Positions 1 to 9,011 of a stretch of DNA of 52,023 bases are shown here, in pieces. The notes under the pieces are model-generated. The model did not search any database and was not told the DNA's origin. It saw only the letters and a program-made list of their open reading frames with translations. The translations under genes and the position numbers were made by a program. Position 1 is the stretch's first letter; each line of letters begins with the position of its first letter. The stretch comes from a candidate division WOR-3 bacterium (lineage in GTDB: Bacteria; Hydrothermota; Tepidihabitantia; B3-TA06). The stretch lies in NCBI GenBank assembly GCA_965649265.1, contig CBFGKC010000017.1:1-52023 (forward strand), in the 5' to 3' direction.

Positions 1-340
1 GAACCCTGGAACGCCCAACTCGCAAGGATACCGCTGGGACGCAAAGGCTACAACGGAAGGGTCGAGCGCAGCCACCTCACCGACGATGAGGAGTTCTATC
101 TACCCCTGATTACCCACTGGAACGATACCGACCAACTCCTCAAATCAGCTCAGGCTTGGCAGTATGTCTACAATATCAAAAGACCGCACTTCGGCAAAGG
201 CATGGGTGGACTCTCACCCCTTGCCAAACTCCAATCCCTCGGTTACAATCAACTCGATGACAACTTTCTCCTCTTTCCGGTTCTCCTGCTCGACGAACTC
301 AAACCTACTATCACTGGTAACGATCTCTTGACCATGGACA
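1..340 (+). mobile_element. 3' end of IS481-like insertion sequence (rve/DDE transposase C-terminus plus right end)
   Basis: Frame 1 from base 1 reads ...GRKGYNGRVERSHLTDDEEFY...YVYNIKRPHFGKGMGGLSP, the NGxVER and YN..RPH motifs of IS481/rve integrases. The likely end is ...accatggACA at 340 (IS481 ends are TGT...ACA). The left end is outside the window. Confidence 0.75.
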
Positions 341-484
341 AGAAGTTGACATGTTTTAAGACCCAAGTAAAGTATAATACATGTTTATTCTTAGCGATTC
401 AGAGTCAGTCACTGTCGAATGTATATCCCGGGCTTGTTGGAGGAAGGTGGCGAGAGAGTCAAGAAGTATAAGGCGGAGGATGCT

Positions 485-1099
485 GTGAAAACTTCGCACG
501 AAAGGGTCTTGTGTTTCCCGCGGAATGTTTTAAGTGAGGAGGAGTGGTTCCAGGGTTTCCGGCCGGATCACGGTGAGTTGTTCGAGAGAATCATCATCAG
601 CGGAAAGGCCAGCTTTGTAGAGCGAAAAAAAGCGGAGGAAGATCCCTCCCTCAAGCAGTTGATACCTTATGTCGTTATGAAACACGGCGAGCGTCTCCTT
701 TTCTACGTCCGCGGCAACCAGACAGGCGAGCAAAGGCTCAGGGACCTTGGTTCGGTCGGGATAGGCGGGCATATTTCGGTGACCGATCACTCGCTCTTTG
801 AGCGGGAGATGAGGGACATTTTCTTTTCAGGTCTTAAAAGAGAGGTTGAGGAAGAGGTCACGGTCAAATCGTCATACAGGGAGCGAGTCAAGGGTTTTAT
901 AAACGACGATTCTAACGCGGTAGGTCGCGTTCACCTGGGCGTGCTGATCATCCGTGAATTGGTTTCCCAGGACGTGAGCAAGAGGGAGCGCTCAATAACA
1001 TCGCTCGAATTTCTTGGGATAGACGAGCTTCGCGCAAGGAGGGGGAGGCTCGAGACCTGGTCACAGATAGTCGTCGATAACTGGGAGAAACTCGCTTGA
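485..1099 (+). CDS. predicted NUDIX-family phosphoesterase (COG4112/YmaB-like)
   Basis: Motifs EEDPSLKQLIPY, SVGIGGHI, REVEEE, INDDSNAVGRVHLG and LETWSQI. GTG at 485 follows GGAGG. Confidence 0.85.
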   Translation: MKTSHERVLCFPRNVLSEEEWFQGFRPDHGELFERIIISGKASFVERKKAEEDPSLKQLIPYVVMKHGERLLFYVRGNQTGEQRLRDLGSVGIGGHISVTDHSLFEREMRDIFFSGLKREVEEEVTVKSSYRERVKGFINDDSNAVGRVHLGVLIIRELVSQDVSKRERSITSLEFLGIDELRARRGRLETWSQIVVDNWEKLA

Positions 1100-1122
1100 T
1101 TTCAGGTGAGCGGATAAAAGAT

Positions 1123-1144
1123 AAAGGGGCCTTTCGGCCCCTTT
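1123..1144. terminator. bidirectional intrinsic terminator
   Basis: aaaggggcc-tttc-ggccccttt hairpin between convergent genes. Confidence 0.75.
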
Positions 1145-1235
1145 CAAATTTCAGAGGGGGGAGTAGGAAGATCATTCCTCAGATCGAGACACAAAGCGGA
1201 ACGGCAAATCCCCGAAGTTCGGTTTCCCCCCGCAT

Positions 1236-1347
1236 GGAGGGGTGTTGCGGGATGTGTTATTTCCTTGCAGCAAAAGCTGCATATAAAAATGACCTATTCG
1301 ATGAAGACTCATCTCAAGGGTCAGACCCTCCCCTGCAGGGGGACGGG
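1236..1347 (+). repeat. copy of dispersed hairpin-rich intergenic repeat family
   Basis: About 84% identical by eye over ~88 nt to the reverse complement of 46500-46586; shares GTGTTATTTCCTT and ...GGGGKACGGG with 49281-49340. Confidence 0.85.
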
Positions 1348-2640
1348 TCAGAGGCCGCGAACCTTCACGAGGTGGGTCGCGCACGAGATGCAGGGGTCGT
1401 ATGCACGCGCGATCATCTCGAGTTTGAGTTCCATGTCCTTCGTGTCGCCTTCCTTGACGAGGTTGTCGGCTCCGATGCGTATATGTTCCTCCAGCATGTC
1501 GAGGAACTGGGCCGTGGGCGTGATGATGTCGGCGCGCACTACCCGGCCTTCGGCTACCTCGTAGTGATGGTAAAGGGTCCCGCGGGGGGCTTCGACTGCT
1601 CCTGAGCCTGCGCCCTTGTCGCGAGTAGGCGGTACGATGGCGGGGTTCTCCTCGAGAGCTATTAGCTTGTCGATGATCTTGGGAACCTCTTCAAGCGCCC
1701 ATATGGTCTCGATGGCCTGTGCGACGTTGTTGTACATCGGGTTGCGTATCCACGAGAGGTTGTAGCAGCGGCGGAAATGCTCGCCTGCTGCGCCGTCCAG
1801 ACGCTCGCCCAAAAGGTTGAAGCGCGCAAGCGCCCCCACGAAGTAGGGCTTGTCGTTGTAGACGGAACGTTTTGCCATCGAATGTGGAACCACGCGTTCG
1901 TTGGTGAGTTTGCGGTAATCCCACACGTTGAACTCGTGTCCGTCGGAAACCATTATCCTGTCGCCCGCCCAGCCGAAGCGGTCGTGCTCGGGTTTCGTGC
2001 ACATGAAGGTCATTCCTTCCTCCATGTATGTGGGCTGGCGAAGATTGCGAAGGATCTCCACCCCGCGCTCGGCGTCAGGGATGAGGGACTCGGCCTCGTA
2101 CTTGAAGCGCAGGAGATCGGTCTTCGTGGGGTACTTGCCGAAGCCGCCGATGACTGGGTTTTCGCCGTGAATAGAGCGCGCGGCGGTGAGCTCCATGAGT
2201 TTCACACCGTAACGCTTGACACGCAGCCCGGCCTGCACGTCCTCGAGGTAATCGGGAACCATGTGGACTGCCGAGGGGTATCCCAGGTAGTCCGGAAGTG
2301 CCAGAAGAAACACGTGAAGGGCGTTGGATTCGATCATCTCGCCGCAGTGCATGAGGTCGCGTAAAAGTTGAGCCTTGGGCGGTATCTTTATTTCGAGCGC
2401 TTTTTCCATCGCTCGCAGAGCCGCGTAGCGGTGTGAAAGCGTGCATATGGCGCAGGTTCTGCACGTCAGGCTCACGACCTCGGAGGGGATTCGACCGACC
2501 GCTATGGTTTCAAGAAGCCTCGGACCCTCGTGGATGTCAACGGTGACGGAAGAGAGTTTGCCTTCCTTGAAGTCGACCGTTATGCCTCCGTGGCCTTCAA
2601 CCCGCGCGAGCGATTCTATCTTGATTCTTTCGATGCTCAT
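1348..2640 (-). CDS. hydA: group 3b [NiFe]-hydrogenase (sulfhydrogenase) large/alpha subunit
   Basis: ARVEGHG, EGPR, L1 RTCAIC, EAPRGTLYHHY, L2 YDPCISCATH plus short C-terminal extension. Confidence 0.95.
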   Translation of the reverse strand: MSIERIKIESLARVEGHGGITVDFKEGKLSSVTVDIHEGPRLLETIAVGRIPSEVVSLTCRTCAICTLSHRYAALRAMEKALEIKIPPKAQLLRDLMHCGEMIESNALHVFLLALPDYLGYPSAVHMVPDYLEDVQAGLRVKRYGVKLMELTAARSIHGENPVIGGFGKYPTKTDLLRFKYEAESLIPDAERGVEILRNLRQPTYMEEGMTFMCTKPEHDRFGWAGDRIMVSDGHEFNVWDYRKLTNERVVPHSMAKRSVYNDKPYFVGALARFNLLGERLDGAAGEHFRRCYNLSWIRNPMYNNVAQAIETIWALEEVPKIIDKLIALEENPAIVPPTRDKGAGSGAVEAPRGTLYHHYEVAEGRVVRADIITPTAQFLDMLEEHIRIGADNLVKEGDTKDMELKLEMIARAYDPCISCATHLVKVRGL

Positions 2641-3527
2641 GTCCGCTCCTGTTGTTTCCTGGTCGTTTTGGCATGGGAGGTTTTCTCGGCCTTCTTCGGC
2701 TCCTCGCCCGAATGCTCGTGGGTCTCTTTCGGATGAGATTTTTTATCGGTCTTGATGCCCAGAAGATCGCCGAAGCGGCGAACCATTCCCGCTCCGCCGA
2801 AAAGCCGCAGCTTGTTGACTATCTCTGCTTCGGAGAAGCGCTTCTCCTTGAGAAGCGCTATCTCAGAGGTCACATTGGCCTCGTCCGTAGGTCCCCAGCA
2901 GCCTATGCAGGGAAGATTGTGGCTCGGGCAGCGCGAGTTGCAGCCGCCCGCTGTGACTGGTCCCAGGCACAGCTCGCCCTTGAGTAAAAGACACTCGTTT
3001 TCGTTCCACTTGCATTCGGCGCAAACCGGGAACTTGGTTAATTCGACAGGCATCCCCTGCACCAGGCGTGTGACCGCGTAAAAGAACTGGTATTTGTCAA
3101 CGGGACAGCCGGGCAGGTAGTAGTCGACCTTGACGTATTCGTCCAAAGGATGCGCCTCGAAGGGTTTTGCGACGGTGTGTTTTACGTCGCCGTAGACTTT
3201 CTTAAACCGCGCAGGCCAGTCGTCGTATCCCAGGTGGGCGGCCTGCGGCCCGCCGTAGCAGGCGCATGAACCCAGTGCCACCAGGATACTCGCGCGCTTG
3301 CGGATGTCCTTTATCATTTCCAGGTGATGGTCGGTTGAGATTGAGCCCTCGACGAAGGCTACGTCTATCTTTTCGTCGTCGTGCGTTTCGCGTGAGGCCA
3401 TCAGGAAGGAGCGAACGTCAACAGCGCCGAAAATATCGAGAAGCTCGTCCTCGCAGTGAATGATCGCGAGCTGGTCACCGGCGCAACCGGTGAATCCGTA
3501 GAATGCTACTTTAGGTTTATTTGCCAT
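2637..3527 (-). CDS. hydD: group 3b hydrogenase small/delta subunit
   Basis: VEGSI, GSCACYGG, LPGCP, CAECK, CLGPVT..GC, CIGCWG. Start MANKPK at 3527 after an RBS. Confidence 0.92.
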   Translation of the reverse strand: MANKPKVAFYGFTGCAGDQLAIIHCEDELLDIFGAVDVRSFLMASRETHDDEKIDVAFVEGSISTDHHLEMIKDIRKRASILVALGSCACYGGPQAAHLGYDDWPARFKKVYGDVKHTVAKPFEAHPLDEYVKVDYYLPGCPVDKYQFFYAVTRLVQGMPVELTKFPVCAECKWNENECLLLKGELCLGPVTAGGCNSRCPSHNLPCIGCWGPTDEANVTSEIALLKEKRFSEAEIVNKLRLFGGAGMVRRFGDLLGIKTDKKSHPKETHEHSGEEPKKAEKTSHAKTTRKQQERT

Positions 3528-3535
3528 GTTCGCTC

Positions 3536-4408
3536 CTAGATCAAATCCTTCATGTGAAGAACGTCCCAGTACGTGAATACGGGTCCGTCGAGACAAGTGT
3601 ATATGGAACCGATAGCGCAGTGGCCGCATTTGCCTATGCCGCAGTGCATGCGGCGCTCTAGCGTCATGAGAATCTGGTGCTTGGGAATCCCGAGCTTGAG
3701 GAATTCGGCAACCACGAATTTATACATGACGGGAGGCCCGCAGACCGTTGCGAAGGTGTTGTCCGCGTCGAGTTCCCCGACTTTCTTGAAGAGCTCGGTA
3801 ACGAGCCCCTTGTGGAAGGGCCAGTTGCCTTTGGGATCGGTGTCGACCGTCAGAAGGCATTCCAGGTCGTCGCGCTCCTTAATCTCGAAGAACTCCTTGC
3901 GGAAGAGCATCTCATCCGGCGTCTTGGCACCGTGGAGAAAGTAGAACTTCCCGAACTTGTCGCGGTTGTCGAGGATGTAGAGGAGGAGGGAGCGCAATGG
4001 CGCGGCACCGAGCCCGCCCACGACGATGAGGATGTCCTTGCCGTGCATCTTCTCGAACGGGAAGCCGTTTCCGTATGGACCGCGAACGCCTACTATTGAA
4101 TTTTCCTTACGCAGGAAGAGCTGGTTCGTTATCCTTCCGACCTTGCGGATGCAGAACTCGAGCATTCCCGGACGGGAGGGGGTGGAGGATATGGAGAAGG
4201 GTGCTTCGCCCGCGCCAGCGACCGAAACCATCATGAACTGACCCGGCTTGTAATCGAGCGAGAGGGCGCGTTCCATGTTGACCGGCCTCACCTGGAAGAA
4301 TCGCACGTCGGAAGTGAGATCGTAGCGACGTACGATTCTCATCTCCTCGGGCATGAACGGGTTCACGTGAGAGGCCGGAGTCGTTGAAAGATGCGGTTTC
4401 TCTATCAT
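3536..4408 (-). CDS. hydG: hydrogenase gamma subunit (FAD/NAD(P)-binding, 2Fe-2S)
   Basis: PGQF, RGPYGNGF, GGLGAAPLRS, CGPPVM, ERRMHCGIGKCGHC..CLDGPVF. ATG overlaps the hydB stop. Confidence 0.93.
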   Translation of the reverse strand: MIEKPHLSTTPASHVNPFMPEEMRIVRRYDLTSDVRFFQVRPVNMERALSLDYKPGQFMMVSVAGAGEAPFSISSTPSRPGMLEFCIRKVGRITNQLFLRKENSIVGVRGPYGNGFPFEKMHGKDILIVVGGLGAAPLRSLLLYILDNRDKFGKFYFLHGAKTPDEMLFRKEFFEIKERDDLECLLTVDTDPKGNWPFHKGLVTELFKKVGELDADNTFATVCGPPVMYKFVVAEFLKLGIPKHQILMTLERRMHCGIGKCGHCAIGSIYTCLDGPVFTYWDVLHMKDLI

Positions 4409-5430
4409 ACTTTCACCTCCTGGCCCTTTAGGCCGCGTATGACTTCGGCCACGTTGATGTTGACCGGGCAGGTATCTATGCATCGTCCGCAGCCCACGCA
4501 CGAAGGTCTTCCATACTCGGTTATGAAGGCCTTGAGCTTGTGCGTGTACCAGAGCTTCAGGCGCTCCGCACGCGACTCGCGGAAGTTGTGGCCGCCTGCG
4601 ACGAGCGCGTACTCCTTGTTCATGCAACTGTCCCAGTGGCGCTCGCGAACGCCCTCGGTAAGGGAAAGCTCGCTCACGTCACGAACATTGTAGCAGTTGC
4701 ACGTAGGGCAGACCATGGAGCAGGAACCGCACGCGAGACACCTGTCGGCAAGCTCCTGCCACAGGGGCGAATTCCAGGAAAGCTCCATGATGTCGGGCAT
4801 GCCGGTGAGATCGAAATTGAGCTTGTAACGCGAATCGCGCTTGCGGCGCCACTCGAGATAGCGTTGAAGATCGGCCTGCTCGATATCCTCTGAGAAGAGG
4901 TCGAGATTCAGACGTGCGAGGTCGTCGCCGAGGGAAGAGCCTACCCAGACGAGGTAGTAATCCCCGAGCTCGTTGAACGCGAGGTCGAAGCCGCCTTCAA
5001 CCGAGTGAGTATTGGTCGAACGTGCCATGCACTTGTCGTCCGGGATGCACGAAAGACCTATGATGGCCGTCATCTCGCGGCGCTTGCGATAGTAGGGATC
5101 GGGAAAACGCTCGAGGAAAAGCTCGTCAAGGATGCGGAGCCCGTGAAGGTCACACGGATGAAGACCGAAGAGTACGCGTGGACGCACATCCTCGAAAGTC
5201 TCCGTGTACTTGTCATCGGAATATTTGAACATATTGAAACGAGGAGGAACAAAGAATTTCTTCGGCGGGATTATCGTACGCAACGCTCCAATGGCAACGT
5301 CTGAGACGTTGTCTAGTTTGGAGTATACGTACTTCTCCCCGCGTGACACCGGTCCCCAGAGTTCGCCGTAGCTCTTAAGCGACTCAAGGTAGGTGAAGAG
5401 GTCCTCCTTCTTTAATTTTAGTGCTTTCAT
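4405..5430 (-). CDS. hydB: hydrogenase beta subunit (AsrA-like 4Fe-4S)
   Basis: HPCD, CLACGSCSMVCPTCNC, CVGCGRCIDTCP. Confidence 0.93.
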   Translation of the reverse strand: MKALKLKKEDLFTYLESLKSYGELWGPVSRGEKYVYSKLDNVSDVAIGALRTIIPPKKFFVPPRFNMFKYSDDKYTETFEDVRPRVLFGLHPCDLHGLRILDELFLERFPDPYYRKRREMTAIIGLSCIPDDKCMARSTNTHSVEGGFDLAFNELGDYYLVWVGSSLGDDLARLNLDLFSEDIEQADLQRYLEWRRKRDSRYKLNFDLTGMPDIMELSWNSPLWQELADRCLACGSCSMVCPTCNCYNVRDVSELSLTEGVRERHWDSCMNKEYALVAGGHNFRESRAERLKLWYTHKLKAFITEYGRPSCVGCGRCIDTCPVNINVAEVIRGLKGQEVKV

Positions 5431-5478
5431 CTAATTGCCTCCAATTAGTGAAGTCAAATTTAAGGAACCTCAAGGAAA

Positions 5479-5506
5479 AGAATACGCAGACTAATGCACA
5501 TGTCAA
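5479..5506 (-). promoter_or_regulatory. sigma70-type promoter of hyd operon
   Basis: TTGACA-16nt-TATTCT on the minus strand, upstream of a GGAGG RBS. Confidence 0.65.
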
Positions 5507-5633
5507 CCCCAAGACACTTCCGTAAGCTACCAATATCTTTAACTTAAGTCGTAAAGCTCGTCAAATAGCAAGATGTCCGCCTTAGGATATTGGAGTCGAA
5601 CCTGCAGCGCTCGGGTATGCTTTGTTTTGAGTG

Positions 5634-6134
5634 TTACTCGTTCTTGATCGTGACAGAGTCTGCAATCTGGCCTTGTGGGACGGGTAACTGGGGCCTGGGC
5701 AGTAGCACGGCCCAGCGTCCCTCCTTGTCCGGGGCAAGGTAGAGAAGGAACTGTGCGGATGTGCGTTCCACGTTCCTGCCGGACTCCTTTGTGTTCGCGG
5801 TGACCTGGAATACCGTAAGCTCGCCCTCGCGAGAAAGGTCCATATTCTTTTCAATGCCGGTGACCTTTACCTTTGGAAGCTTGGCAAAAAGCTTCTTGTA
5901 GGTTTCGAGATCGGGTCTGGCTATGAACAACTGTTCGTTGCCCTGGGAGTCCTTCAGGAGCAGTGCACGGTCCGAAAGGTAGCTGTAGGCCTTTTCGGCA
6001 TTTCCTTCCTCAAGCGCGGTGAAGTAGTGATTGGCCACCCACAGAGGGTCGGACGCCTTGTCCTTGCAAGAGGGAAGAGTGAGCATGATGATGACGAGCA
6101 CCGCCGTCGGGATGATTTGTAAATGTTTTCTCAT
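5634..6134 (-). CDS. hypothetical lipoprotein (DUF4878/NTF2-like)
   Basis: Lipobox LPSC; ANHYFTALEEGNAEKAYSYLS helix pattern and terminal GRWAV strand. Confidence 0.6.
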   Translation of the reverse strand: MRKHLQIIPTAVLVIIMLTLPSCKDKASDPLWVANHYFTALEEGNAEKAYSYLSDRALLLKDSQGNEQLFIARPDLETYKKLFAKLPKVKVTGIEKNMDLSREGELTVFQVTANTKESGRNVERTSAQFLLYLAPDKEGRWAVLLPRPQLPVPQGQIADSVTIKNE

Positions 6135-6144
6135 TATTCAAACC

Positions 6145-6807
6145 TCACAGATTGAAATGATTTTGTGAAAGCTGGGGATTGAGTTTCAAATTCTTATACG
6201 CGATTGAGATTACCTTGGTTCCGTTTGCATCGAAGGACTCGGTTTTCCGCGGCAGGCCGGTCGTCTTATCGAGCCACCAGCGTTCACGGGCAATACCCTT
6301 GTTGTCAGCTGGAGTGTTGGTTTTAAGTTCTATAACGGCACACGAAGCTCCATCAACGGTCTCCTCTCCTACCCACGAGATTGTGCCATGCGACTTGTAC
6401 CAGCCGGAGGTCTTAAAGATAGCCGGGAAAGGGCCGTCGTATATCTTTTCGCCGTAAAGTCCCTGGGTGGTCTTCGAATCGGGCGATAACATCACGGGGA
6501 GCTCTATACCTGCCCAGCGAACCTTTATTTTCTTCTGTGCAGGGTCGTAGACGGCAACCGACCCCTTGTTATCGCCGGCGACCACTACGGTCTTGATCCA
6601 ACCGGCACGGTTCCAACTGAAGTCCACGGTAATATCTCTGGTTTTGGAATCCTTGACTTCGTGCGTGACAATGGTGACGATATAGCAACGTAATGAATCA
6701 CAGGAAGAGCTCATACGCGAGAGAGCATCCTCGGCCTGTCCGCCGCGTATGGTTGTGACTGAAAAAACCACCGCAGCTGTAATGAGTTTAAGGGCAAGTT
6801 TCTTCAT
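6145..6807 (-). CDS. LolA-like periplasmic (lipoprotein-sorting fold) protein
   Basis: Signal peptide; GEETVDGASCAVIEL, RWWLDKTTGLPRK, YKNLKLNPQLSQNHFNL C-terminal pattern. Confidence 0.7.
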   Translation of the reverse strand: MKKLALKLITAAVVFSVTTIRGGQAEDALSRMSSSCDSLRCYIVTIVTHEVKDSKTRDITVDFSWNRAGWIKTVVVAGDNKGSVAVYDPAQKKIKVRWAGIELPVMLSPDSKTTQGLYGEKIYDGPFPAIFKTSGWYKSHGTISWVGEETVDGASCAVIELKTNTPADNKGIARERWWLDKTTGLPRKTESFDANGTKVISIAYKNLKLNPQLSQNHFNL

Positions 6808-6943
6808 AATTCCTCCTTGAAGGTTTTCCCCATAGTTTTCAGAAGCTTAATAATATCCATGACACTCAAAAGGTCAACATCGGCGGTAATCATCGAGGAA
6901 GAATCGACGGAGAACGAGATGAACGGCAACGAGCAAAGAACCA

Positions 6944-7621
6944 CTAGAGATTGAAATATCCATCAGGGATGCCGGGGTTAAGCTTGAGGTTCCTGAGAAT
7001 GACCCATTGCAGCTCATGATTGTCCTTGTCATAACTTGACATTTTGCGCGGGAACGACGTGTTCGTGTCGAGCCAGTAGCGTTCCCGCACGATGCCTGCC
7101 ATGTTTTTTGCGCCGGTCGCGGTGAACTCTATAACCGTGCACTCCGAACCTTCAAAGGTTTCCTTGCCAACGACTCTTGCGCTTCCGTTTGCAAGAAACC
7201 AGTCGATACGCTTGAACATGTAGGGAAAGCTTACCTCATACATCCTTTCGCCTCTTAACGTAAGCACCCTTGAGTCCGAAGGTTCGTAAGTCACAAGGAA
7301 GGGGAGGAGGGGGTGTCTGGCGCTGATGACATCCTTTTCGGGGTCGTAAACCGCCCTGACTCCCTTGTTCCTGCCTTCAATGATGTCATTTCGCACCCAG
7401 CCGGGACGGCTGTAGGCAAACTCGACGATGCGTTCCTCGATCTCGGTTCCTTTAACCTGTCTGTAGGACATCTCGACGGTGTAGCACGTGACCTTTGCCC
7501 ATTCATCCCTCATGCGCCGGACGAGCGTGTCTGTGTCCCCGGCGAAAAGGTTTGAAAGCACAGCTGCCGCAAATGTGACTAAAACGATCTTTGTCGATTT
7601 CATCTTGCTTGTATTTCCCAT
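6944..7621 (-). CDS. LolA-like periplasmic protein, paralog of 6145-6807
   Basis: GKETFEGSECTVIEF, RYWLDTNTSFPRK, RNLKLNPGIPDGYFNL. Start at 7621 is supported by promoter spacing. Confidence 0.7.
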   Translation of the reverse strand: MGNTSKMKSTKIVLVTFAAAVLSNLFAGDTDTLVRRMRDEWAKVTCYTVEMSYRQVKGTEIEERIVEFAYSRPGWVRNDIIEGRNKGVRAVYDPEKDVISARHPLLPFLVTYEPSDSRVLTLRGERMYEVSFPYMFKRIDWFLANGSARVVGKETFEGSECTVIEFTATGAKNMAGIVRERYWLDTNTSFPRKMSSYDKDNHELQWVILRNLKLNPGIPDGYFNL

Positions 7622-7628
7622 AATGCAG

Positions 7629-7700
7629 ATGATAGGGATAACTCCTTGCGGGTCAACAAGGCACAGAAAAGCTTGACCTGCCATCCGAGCCGGGTAAAAT
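7629..7700. promoter_or_regulatory. back-to-back divergent promoters, both apparently leaderless
   Basis: Minus strand: TTGACC-16-TATCAT-7nt-ATG(7621). Plus strand: TTGACC-16-TAAAAT-5nt-ATG(7706). Confidence 0.65.
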
Positions 7701-7705
7701 TAAAG

Positions 7706-8671
7706 ATGCGCATCCACGAAAAGCTGAGGATCGAGTTTGGCGGCACAAGCCTCATGCTCGACCACTCCAGCCCGAACGGCGAACCGATCTTCCTCTCGCA
7801 CGCACACTCCGATCATGCGGTGAAGAAGGGCAGGATTATCACCACCCCCGAGACCGCAAGGCTCATCGAGGTGCGCTACAACGCCCGTGGAGCCGAGGCC
7901 GTGGTATACGGAAAGACCGTAAGAATCGCAGGCATGGAGGTTACACTTTTTCCTTCAGGTCACATACTCGGCTCCGCTCAGATACTTATTAAGACGCGCG
8001 AGACAAGCCTTTTGTACTCAGGCGACATCAAGCTCAGGCCCGGCTACTCGGCCCAGCCGATCCAGGTGCCCCAGGCCGAGAACCTTATCGTGGAGGCGAC
8101 GTTCGGCAGCCACATGTTCCAGTGGCCGCGCAGAGAAGCTATTGAGGAGCGTATTGCGGAGTTCGCGGAGGACGGAAGGCGCTTCAGTTTCACACCATGC
8201 TTCATGGCCTACTCGCTTGGCAAGGCGCAGGAGCTTCTCATGATCCTTGCCAAGGCAGGCATTCGCGCGTACGTGTCGGAAAGCGTTTTCGAGATGTGCA
8301 CAGTGTACGAGGAGTTCGGTGTGCGCTTCGGCGACTACAGGCTGTACCGGGACGAACCCGAGATTGACGGCGTGCTCGTTATACCCCCTCAGAAAGCCCA
8401 TCATCTTGGGTTGAAGGGAGCCAGGAGGGCTGCGCTAGTCTCGGGTTGGGCAATAACTCAGCGAAGTAAAGAGGTTCCGGGCATTCCCTTGAGCGATCAC
8501 GCGGATTTCGGAGAGTTACTACGATACGTGGACCGCGTGAAGCCGAAGAAGGTGTGGACCAATCACGGGTTCGCGCGCGACCTTGCCTCGGCGCTGCGTC
8601 ACCGCGGCTACGACGCGCAGGTGCTGCCCGAGCGGGACGAAGAACGCCAACTCGAACTTGTCGTAGGATAA
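7706..8671 (+). CDS. metallo-beta-lactamase/beta-CASP nuclease (COG1236-like)
   Basis: SHAHSDH, SGHILGSAQ, YSGD, EATFG, YSLGKAQE, LSDHADF, NHG. Confidence 0.88.
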   Translation: MRIHEKLRIEFGGTSLMLDHSSPNGEPIFLSHAHSDHAVKKGRIITTPETARLIEVRYNARGAEAVVYGKTVRIAGMEVTLFPSGHILGSAQILIKTRETSLLYSGDIKLRPGYSAQPIQVPQAENLIVEATFGSHMFQWPRREAIEERIAEFAEDGRRFSFTPCFMAYSLGKAQELLMILAKAGIRAYVSESVFEMCTVYEEFGVRFGDYRLYRDEPEIDGVLVIPPQKAHHLGLKGARRAALVSGWAITQRSKEVPGIPLSDHADFGELLRYVDRVKPKKVWTNHGFARDLASALRHRGYDAQVLPERDEERQLELVVG

Positions 8672-8752
8672 CCCCTCCCTCGGCAAAATTCCATTCTGCT
8701 CACACGTCCCCGGCTCTCACCCTACTCACTCAAACTACACTTTCCTAATCGT

Positions 8753-8916
8753 GTCATTGCGAGCTAACAGCTGAAAACCGCTTTGGTGGAAGCAAAGCTT
8801 CTGCAGTCAAGCGACCGTGGTGATCCCATGGCACAAAGCTCAAAACACGGCTCTGTGTCATAAAATCCAGATACAGCTATGGGGTTGCCACGACTTCCTC
8901 GCATGCTTACAGTGAT
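8753..8916 (+). repeat. degenerate nested inverted-repeat (REP/MITE-like) element
   Basis: Outer arms gtcattgcgagc/gcttacagtgat, inner arms cgtggtgatcccat/atggggttgccacg, between convergent genes. Confidence 0.6.
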
Positions 8917-9011
8917 GGAATCATCTGCGGGGGAGGGCTGGGAAATCTGAGGGCACTCGTTTCTACCACGTGGCCCGCTCAAGCAGTAGGCTTGTGGGGA
9001 CACACTGCGGA

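Noticed and set aside
1096-1605. ORFs crossing the repeat elements (1096-1605, 1265-1564, 45953-46399, 46390-46590, 49114-49431)
   Set aside because: Shared peptide similarity only reflects the DNA repeat; most overlap real genes on the opposite strand and none has a clear RBS
5590-5615. tRNA T-arm-like GGTTCGACTCC on the minus strand
   Set aside because: T-stem pairs only 2 bp; no acceptor, D or anticodon arms
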